A stretch of 16,221 bases of DNA from contig JAZDMQ010000002.1 of NCBI GenBank assembly GCA_043800755.1, positions 1 to 16,221 of the forward strand. The letters run 5' to 3'. The stretch is from a bacterium. Lineage in GTDB: Bacteria; Methylomirabilota; Methylomirabilia; CAVQYV01. Position 1 is the first letter of the stretch; every line of letters begins with the position of its first letter. Positions 1-6,314 of this stretch are shown here, in pieces. The position numbers and the translations under genes are program-made. The notes beneath the pieces are model-generated. The model saw nothing but the letters and a program-made list of their open reading frames with translations, did not search any database and had not been told where the DNA came from.

Positions 1-278
1 GGATAATGCTGGGTGCCAGGGGGAATCGAAATGGCCTCGCCGGGCGAGAGGAAATGGTCCTCTTCCTCGATCTTCACATTCGCTCTGCCATGAATGCAAT
101 AGAGGACCTCGTCGCCCGGATGGGAGTGGAGTGTCCCCTTGGCCCCGGGTTGCCCCTCCAGATAGGCCAGCCTCTGGTATTTGCTGTTGCCCACCTTGGG
201 GGAGATCAGGAACCATCTGTTCACCGAGCCGAATGCCTCCGGCTTCATCTCGCTCACCTTCACCACGAATCCCTTCAT
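1..278 (-). CDS. Cupin-domain protein (3' end truncated by window edge)
   Basis: Not in the ORF track; translated by hand from ATG at 278-276, with SD AGGAGG (complement of 285-290): MKGFVVKVSEMKPEAFGSVNRWFLISPKVGNSKYQRLAYLEGQPGAKGTLHSHPGDEVLYCIHGRANVKIEEEDHFLSPGEAISIPPGTQHY. Cupin motif 1 (HxH...E..Y...G) and motif 2 (G...IPPG..H) are both present. Confidence 0.88.
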   Translation of the reverse strand, partial: MKGFVVKVSEMKPEAFGSVNRWFLISPKVGNSKYQRLAYLEGQPGAKGTLHSHPGDEVLYCIHGRANVKIEEEDHFLSPGEAISIPPGTQHY

Positions 279-332
279 GTTCGACCTCCTTTTCTTGAGA
301 AGTCCTTCGCCCCTGCGGGATGACACATCTCT

Positions 333-361
333 TTTCTATCCGAAAGGGCAGCCCCCGTCAA
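333..361 (-). promoter_or_regulatory. Candidate sigma70 promoter for the cupin gene
   Basis: Minus strand TTGACG (361-356), 17-nt spacer, TAGAAA (338-333), about 55 nt upstream of the cupin ATG. Confidence 0.45.
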
Positions 362-431
362 GCAAAACTCTCTCCCCCTCTGCGACAAAAGCCCTCCCGC
401 CCGAGGCATCCCCGCACCCTGCCGAGGGGAC

Positions 432-460
432 TTGACAAGAAAGGAAATTTATTATTTACT
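432..460 (+). promoter_or_regulatory. Candidate sigma70 promoter for glyQ
   Basis: Perfect TTGACA at 432-437 followed by an AT-rich patch (AAATTTATTATTTACT) in otherwise GC-rich DNA. The -10 at 17-nt spacing (TTTACT, 455-460) is imperfect. Confidence 0.45.
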
Positions 461-528
461 CGCCCCGCCCTGGTGCAAGGCCGCCAGGCAATTTTCGCGA
501 CGATCCGTTAAGATGGGAGATGCAGCAG

Positions 529-1440
529 ATGATGACCTTTCAGGAGCTGATCCTGGCCTTGGAGCGATACTGGTCCAGCCAGGGATGCCTCATCCTTCAG
601 CCCTATGATGTGGAGGTGGGGGCGGGCACCATGAATCCCGCCACCTTCCTGCGCGTCCTGGGCCCCGAGCCCTGGAATGTGGCCTATGTGGAGCCCTCTC
701 GTCGCCCGGCTGACGGGCGCTATGGGGAGAACCCCAACCGCCTCCAACACTATTACCAGTATCAGGTGATCATGAAGCCCTCCCCGGAGGATATCCAGGA
801 GATCTATCTGCAGAGCCTGTCGAGCTTCGGGATCGATCCCCTGCAACACGATGTCCGCTTCGTGGAGGACGACTGGGAATCCCCCACCCTGGGGGCGTGG
901 GGGCTGGGTTGGGAGGTATGGCTGGATGGGATGGAGATCACCCAGTTCACCTATTTCCAGCAGGCGGGGGGCTTCGATGTGAAGCCGGTGGCCGCCGAGA
1001 TCACCTATGGCATCGAGCGCATCGCCATGTATTTGCAGGGGGTGGATTCGGTCTATGACGTCCTCTGGGCGGATGGGGTGACCTACCGGGATGTGCACCA
1101 CCGCGGCGAGGTGGAATGGTCCATCCACAACTTCGAGGAGGCAGATGTCCCTCTCCAGTATCGCCTCTTCGAGAGCTATGAGAAGGAATCCCTGCACCTC
1201 GTCGGCAAGAGCCTCGTCCTGCCTGCCTATGACTATTGCCTGAAGTGCTCTCACGCCTTCAATCTGCTCGATGCCCGGGGGGCCTTGTCCGTCACCGAGC
1301 GAACCTCCCTCATCGGCCGGGTTCGGGCCCTGGCCCGAAAATGCGCCGAGGCTTACCTGAAGCAGCGAGAGGAGATGGGCTATCCCCTGCTCCGAGAAGG
1401 CATCCTCCAGGGGGAGAAATCCTTGACAGGGAGCCGATGA
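529..1440 (+). CDS. glyQ: Glycine--tRNA ligase alpha subunit
   Basis: Motifs [77 protein letters not shown]. In-frame ATGs at 520, 529 and 532; the GGGAG SD at 515-519 favours 529. Confidence 0.98.
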   Translation: MMTFQELILALERYWSSQGCLILQPYDVEVGAGTMNPATFLRVLGPEPWNVAYVEPSRRPADGRYGENPNRLQHYYQYQVIMKPSPEDIQEIYLQSLSSFGIDPLQHDVRFVEDDWESPTLGAWGLGWEVWLDGMEITQFTYFQQAGGFDVKPVAAEITYGIERIAMYLQGVDSVYDVLWADGVTYRDVHHRGEVEWSIHNFEEADVPLQYRLFESYEKESLHLVGKSLVLPAYDYCLKCSHAFNLLDARGALSVTERTSLIGRVRALARKCAEAYLKQREEMGYPLLREGILQGEKSLTGSR

Positions 1441-1452
1441 ATGGCTTATGAT
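1423..1452 (+). promoter_or_regulatory. Candidate sigma70 promoter for the larA-like gene, overlapping the glyQ 3' end
   Basis: TTGACA (1423-1428), 18-nt spacer, TATGAT (1447-1452). Confidence 0.6.
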
Positions 1453-1536
1453 CTCGAAGAGAGTTTTAGGCCCTGACCTCCCCCAGAGGTCAACCTATCG
1501 GATCGAGTGTCATTGGAGTCGAAAGGAGAATTCATC

Positions 1537-2796
1537 ATGTCTGATTCGGTGGAAATCTATTACCAAGGAAAGCGGGAGAAGATCGGGCTTCCGTCTGATT
1601 GGAAGTTGCTGGGAGTGGGCGAGCCCAAGCAGGTCGCCCCGATTGGCGATGTGGTCGGCGAGCTGCAAAAGGCGTTGGCCTCCCCTGTGGGAATGCCCAG
1701 CCTCTCCGAGGTGTGCTCCCGGGCCAAATCGGCGGCGGTCATCGTGGACGATCAGACCCGACCCACCCCTGCCTATCTCCTCCTCCCTGAGCTATTGGCC
1801 CAGATGGAAAAAGCGGGGATCCCCAAGGATCGGATCTCCATCGTCATCGGACGCGGGACTCACCGTATTCCCGATCAGGACGAGATCAAGGCGAAGGTGG
1901 GCGAGAAGATCGTCCAGGATTACTGCATCATCATGCACGATCCGGACGATAAGTCCTGCCTGGTTCACCTGGGACAGACGCGCCGGGGCACCCCGGTGTG
2001 GATCAACAAGGCCGTGGCCGGGGCCGATTTCAGCATCGGGATCGGCAACGTGGTGGCCCACTATCTTACCGGCTATTCGGGCGGCCCCAAGATCGTTCTT
2101 CCCGGGGTATCCGGGAGGGAAACCATCGTCCCGAACCATACCATGGCAAAGATGCCCGAGGTTCGCCAGGGAAGGACGACCGGCAACCCGCTCCACGAAG
2201 ATCAGATGGAAGTGGCCAAGCTGGCCAAGCTGGGGATGAAGATCGATCTGGTTCTGAATATGAACAATCAGATCGTCAAGATCGTGGCCGGAGAGGTCAC
2301 CGGTGTCCACCAAGGGGCCATTCAGGCTTATAACGAGATCTACGGTTTCAATGTCCCGGCCCTCGCGGATGTGACGATTGCCTCCGGTTATCCCCTGGAG
2401 GGGGAGTTGCTCCAGTCCTGCAAGGCCCTCCTCTCCTCCGACATCGCTACCAAGCCGGGAGGCACGATCCTCCTCGCCTCGCAGTGCAAGGACGGCACCG
2501 GCCCCGGATTTTATGAGGCGCTGCGCGAGAAGGTGGAACCCTCCGAGATCTATCAGTGGATCTTCGAAGGAAAGGCAACCCCCACCGGCGGACCAATCGC
2601 AGCCCGCGTGAAACAGGTGATGAAGAGCAAGAAGGTGGTCATGGTGACCGATCGCATCCCGCCGGAGAAGTTAGAAGAGATGGGCATGATCTATGCGCCC
2701 AACTTCGATGAGGCAATTGCCAAGATCTCCTCCTGGGCGAAGCAGGCGCAGGTGCTCGCCTTCCCCGCCGGCTCCTCCTCCAATCCCATCGTGTAA
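1537..2796 (+). CDS. larA: LarA-family (lactate racemase-like) nickel-pincer nucleotide-dependent racemase/epimerase
   Basis: Motifs DDQTRPTP, GRGTHR, HYLTGYSGGPKIVLPG, ..NH.., NPLHED and QSCKAL match the LarA Asp/Arg, His108, His174/Lys184, His200 and Gln295/Lys298 positions. Start placed at ATG 1537 after the SD GAAAGGAG (1521-1528). Substrate uncertain. Confidence 0.88.
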   Translation: MSDSVEIYYQGKREKIGLPSDWKLLGVGEPKQVAPIGDVVGELQKALASPVGMPSLSEVCSRAKSAAVIVDDQTRPTPAYLLLPELLAQMEKAGIPKDRISIVIGRGTHRIPDQDEIKAKVGEKIVQDYCIIMHDPDDKSCLVHLGQTRRGTPVWINKAVAGADFSIGIGNVVAHYLTGYSGGPKIVLPGVSGRETIVPNHTMAKMPEVRQGRTTGNPLHEDQMEVAKLAKLGMKIDLVLNMNNQIVKIVAGEVTGVHQGAIQAYNEIYGFNVPALADVTIASGYPLEGELLQSCKALLSSDIATKPGGTILLASQCKDGTGPGFYEALREKVEPSEIYQWIFEGKATPTGGPIAARVKQVMKSKKVVMVTDRIPPEKLEEMGMIYAPNFDEAIAKISSWAKQAQVLAFPAGSSSNPIV

Positions 2797-2816
2797 CGGA
2801 TGATCCGTGCGACCTG

Positions 2817-2850
2817 AAGCGGCCTCTCCTTTCGAGGGGAGGCCGCTTTT
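2817..2850 (+). terminator. Intrinsic terminator-like hairpin after the larA-like gene
   Basis: AAGCGGCCTCTCCT-TTCG-AGGGGAGGCCGCTT: 14-bp stem (one G-U), UUCG loop, ending in TTTT(GATT), 20 nt after the larA stop. Confidence 0.65.
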
Positions 2851-2863
2851 GATTGTCAGCAAG

Positions 2864-4939
2864 ATGCCCAAACCGAAAGACCTCTTGTTCGAAATCGGGA
2901 CCGAGGAGATCCCCTCGGGCCTCCTGGAAGGCGCGATCGCCGACCTGGCCTCCCTCGCTCGCCAGACCCTGGAGGAGCACCGGCTCCCCTTTGGGGAAGT
3001 TCGGGTCATGGGGACGCCCCGGCGACTATCCCTGCAGGTGAAATCCCTGCACCCGTCCCAGCGACCCCTCAGCCGACAGATCGTGGGTCCCTCAGCCCGG
3101 GTTGCCTTCGACGCCGAGGGAAAGCCGACCCCCGCTGCTTTGGGCTTTGCCAGGGCCCAGGGGATCCCCTGGGAGGCTTTGACCGTCAAATCCCTGGAAA
3201 AGGGCGAATACGTAGTAGCCACCTTGGAGGAGGTCGGGCTGCCCACCACCGAGGTTCTTCCCTCTCTGCTCCCCAAGCTCATCACCTCCCTGCCCCTCCC
3301 CAAGAGCATGCGCTGGGGAGAGGGCAACCTCCGATTCCTTCGGCCCATCCGCTGGATCCTGGCCCTTTACGGAAGCCAGGTGATCCCCTTCGAGTTGGAT
3401 GGAATCACGAGCGGAGACCGGACCTTTGGCCACCGTTTTCTCAGCCCCCATCCGGTGCGGGTGAGAAGCCTCTCCGATTATCTGTCCAAGCTAAAGAGGA
3501 AGTTCGTCATCCTGGACCCTGCGGCGCGCCGGCAGATGATCAAAGACCAGGCCGCTACAGAAGCCCGCGAGTTCGGGGGCATCCCGGAATGGGATGAGGA
3601 GCTGCTTTCCACCGTAACCCACCTGGTCGAATACCCGGTGGCGATCTGTGGCCACTTCGCGGCCGATTACCTCCAGCTCCCCAAAGAGGTAATTACCACC
3701 CCCATGAAGAAGCACCAGCGCTATTTCCCCGTGGTGAACGAGAGGGGAGAGCTTCTGCCTCATTTTGTCACTATCTCCAATATGCAGGCCAAGGACCTCA
3801 GTCTTATCCGGGCCGGGAATGAACGGGTCCTCGCGGCCCGCCTGGCCGACGCGCAGTTCTTCTATCGGGAGGATCGCAAGGTCACCCTGGAGAACTGGGC
3901 CTCCCGGCTTCAGCAGATTGTCTATTCGGAGCAGCTCGGCAACCTCTACGATAAGAGCCTGCGCCTGGCTCGCCTGAGCGGATACCTCGCGGAGCAGATC
4001 TGTCCCGACCTCCGGGAGCAGGCGATGAGGGCCGCCCGGCTGGCCAAGGCCGATCTCCTCTCCTCCATGGTGAAGGAATTCCCCAACCTGCAGGGCACCA
4101 TGGGCCGGATCTACGCCCTGGCACAAGGCGAAGCAGAAGGGGTGGCGACGGCCATCGAGGAACATTATCTGCCGCGTTTTTCCGGAGATCGCCTCCCCCA
4201 GACCTCGCTGGGGGCCATTGTGGGCCTCGCGGATAAGATCGATACCATCGCCGGATGTTTCGGGATCGGCCTCATCCCCAGCGGATCGGAGGATCCCTAC
4301 GCCCTCCGCCGCCAGGGCTCGGGGCTCATCCTAATTGCCCTGGAGCGGAACCTGCGCTTCTCCCTCTCCGCCCTTCTGGAACAGGCCCTCTCGGCCCTGG
4401 CCGAGCATCTGGGCAAGGATCTCGGATCGGCCCGGGAGAAGGTCCTCTCCTTCTTGGGACAGCGGCTGCAGGCGATCTTGGTGGATCAGGGGTTCACCGC
4501 CGATCTGGTGGAGGCCATCCTCGCCGCCGGATACGATGACCCGGTCTCGGCCAGGAGGCGCGCCGAGGCCCTCTCCTCCCTCCGCAAACAGCCTGATTTC
4601 CCCAATCTGATCATCGCCTTCAAGCGGGTGCTGAATATATTGCCTCCCGGGTTCTCCCGGATCCCCAACCCCCAGCTCTTCCAGGCTGAGGCCGAGAAGC
4701 AGCTCTGGGCTGAGGCCTCGGCCCTCCAGGCCAGGATTGCTCCCCTGCTCCACCAGGAGGACTTCCTGACCGCCCTGGAGGAGATTTCGCGGCTGCGGCC
4801 CGCAGTGGACCGCTTCTTCAATGAGGTCATGGTGATGGTCGAGGAAGAGGAGATCAAGCAGAACCGCCTGGCCCTGCTCTCGGCCGCCTCCCACCTCCTG
4901 GACGGACTGGCGGACCTCTCTCAGCTCGTGGTAGGATAA
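2864..4939 (+). CDS. glyS: Glycine--tRNA ligase beta subunit
   Basis: Motifs LLFEIGTEEIP, GTPRRL, PKSMRWG, LVEYP, HQRYFP, GNERVLAARLADAQFF, EFPNLQGTMG, PSGSEDPYALRR and C-terminal NRLALL. Start is ATG 2864 or the in-frame TTG at 2849; the ORF-track GTG at 2807 would run through the hairpin. Confidence 0.97.
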   Translation: MPKPKDLLFEIGTEEIPSGLLEGAIADLASLARQTLEEHRLPFGEVRVMGTPRRLSLQVKSLHPSQRPLSRQIVGPSARVAFDAEGKPTPAALGFARAQGIPWEALTVKSLEKGEYVVATLEEVGLPTTEVLPSLLPKLITSLPLPKSMRWGEGNLRFLRPIRWILALYGSQVIPFELDGITSGDRTFGHRFLSPHPVRVRSLSDYLSKLKRKFVILDPAARRQMIKDQAATEAREFGGIPEWDEELLSTVTHLVEYPVAICGHFAADYLQLPKEVITTPMKKHQRYFPVVNERGELLPHFVTISNMQAKDLSLIRAGNERVLAARLADAQFFYREDRKVTLENWASRLQQIVYSEQLGNLYDKSLRLARLSGYLAEQICPDLREQAMRAARLAKADLLSSMVKEFPNLQGTMGRIYALAQGEAEGVATAIEEHYLPRFSGDRLPQTSLGAIVGLADKIDTIAGCFGIGLIPSGSEDPYALRRQGSGLILIALERNLRFSLSALLEQALSALAEHLGKDLGSAREKVLSFLGQRLQAILVDQGFTADLVEAILAAGYDDPVSARRRAEALSSLRKQPDFPNLIIAFKRVLNILPPGFSRIPNPQLFQAEAEKQLWAEASALQARIAPLLHQEDFLTALEEISRLRPAVDRFFNEVMVMVEEEEIKQNRLALLSAASHLLDGLADLSQLVVG

Positions 4940-4943
4940 GCAA

Positions 4944-6221
4944 ATGGCGGCATCACCCCCTCCCACCTCCATCTGGGCAAGGATCTTTCCCTTCACCGGC
5001 CTGGCCAAGAAAAACCTCAAGGCCTTCTCCCTGGCCGCCGCCTGCAATGATACCGGCGAGGAGTCCTACGCCCCCTACCTTCCCCTCTTCGCCCAGGCCT
5101 TCCTCGGGATGAACCCGGAACAATACGGCCTGGTCGATAGCATCGGAGAGGCCACCAACCGCATCCTCCGCTTCTTCACCGGCGTACTCACCGACCGCGT
5201 CGGCCGCAAGCGTCCGGTGATCCTCGGCTACATCCTGATCGTCCTCTCCCGGATCGGTCTGGCCTCGGTGCATCATTGGGGATGGCTCATCCCCTTTCGG
5301 GCTCTGCGCCAGTTGGGGAGGACCATCCGCAACCCCGCAAGGGAGGCGAGCATTGCCGATTCGATCCCCCCTGCCCTGCGAGGAAAGGCCTTTGGTTTGC
5401 TGGAGGCCGTGGACACCGCCGGGGCCATCGTCGGTCCCCTGCTGGGAATCTTCCTGCTCTCCTTTTTCAGCTACCATGGCCTACGCCTGGGGGTCAGCTA
5501 CTCCGAGGCCTCCTATCGAGCCCTATTCTGGTGTGCCGCAATCCCCACCGTCTTCAGCGTCCTCCTCATCGCGGTCTTGTTGCAGGAGACCCTGCCGGCC
5601 ACGGCCCGGGACCTCTCCCCCGCTCCTCCCCTGATCTCCGGCCTCCGCTTTTTCTTGAAGAGCCGATCCTTAGTCCTCCTCACCTTATCCAACATGATCC
5701 TGGCCATTGCGGCGCCTCCCATGGGGATGGTGCTCTTCTACCTCTATCGCCTCCCCCAGGGGAGCGCTATGTTGGGGACGCTGGTCTTTACCCTCTTTTC
5801 CCTGGTTCACTTTCTCTCTGCTTATCCCGCGGGCATGGTGGCGGACCGCATGGGCCGAAAAAAGGCCCTTCTCATTGCGGACCTGGCGATCCTCATCGCC
5901 CTGCTCTGCCTGATGATCATCCCCAATGCCTACTGGATGGCCCTTCCGGCCATTCTTCTGGGCTTCTTCGAATCCTTCTGGATTGCCTCTCGGCGGGCAA
6001 TCATCGCGGATTTAGCCCCGCTGGAGGCCAGAGGACAGACCCTGGGCACCTTCTCCACCGCCTATGGCCTGACCTCTCTGCTCTCCCCCCTCTTCGTGGG
6101 CGCCCTGTGGCACCGCTTCAGCCCCCAGGTCGCCTTCGGCTCCTGCGCCCTGCTCTGCGTCCTTTCCACCGCCTTTTTGCTCTGGGGCTTCTCGGAGAAA
6201 AGACCGCCCGCGTCCTCTTAA
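4944..6221 (+). CDS. MFS transporter (uncharacterised, resembles the MJ1317-like group)
   Basis: 425 aa with about 12 hydrophobic segments. MFS motif A appears twice (GVLTDRVGRK, GMVADRMGRK), plus the G..IR.PAREASIAD and RG.AFG patterns. Confidence 0.9.
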   Translation: MAASPPPTSIWARIFPFTGLAKKNLKAFSLAAACNDTGEESYAPYLPLFAQAFLGMNPEQYGLVDSIGEATNRILRFFTGVLTDRVGRKRPVILGYILIVLSRIGLASVHHWGWLIPFRALRQLGRTIRNPAREASIADSIPPALRGKAFGLLEAVDTAGAIVGPLLGIFLLSFFSYHGLRLGVSYSEASYRALFWCAAIPTVFSVLLIAVLLQETLPATARDLSPAPPLISGLRFFLKSRSLVLLTLSNMILAIAAPPMGMVLFYLYRLPQGSAMLGTLVFTLFSLVHFLSAYPAGMVADRMGRKKALLIADLAILIALLCLMIIPNAYWMALPAILLGFFESFWIASRRAIIADLAPLEARGQTLGTFSTAYGLTSLLSPLFVGALWHRFSPQVAFGSCALLCVLSTAFLLWGFSEKRPPASS

Positions 6222-6228
6222 CTATCGC

Positions 6229-6258
6229 TTGGAATTGGAGATGTTTCTGTGCTATTCT
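6229..6258 (+). promoter_or_regulatory. Candidate promoter for ppdK
   Basis: TTGGAA (6229-6234), 18-nt spacer, extended -10 TGcTATTCT (6250-6258). Confidence 0.45.
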
Positions 6259-6314
6259 GACCCGATGCCAGGAATCATTTTCAGAGATCTAATGAAAGCG
6301 AAGGAGGAATCTTG

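Noticed and set aside
279..528. T-box riboswitch upstream of glyQ
   Set aside because: No T-box consensus (GGTGGnACC) and no U-tailed terminator; the candidate promoter leaves only about 60 nt of leader.
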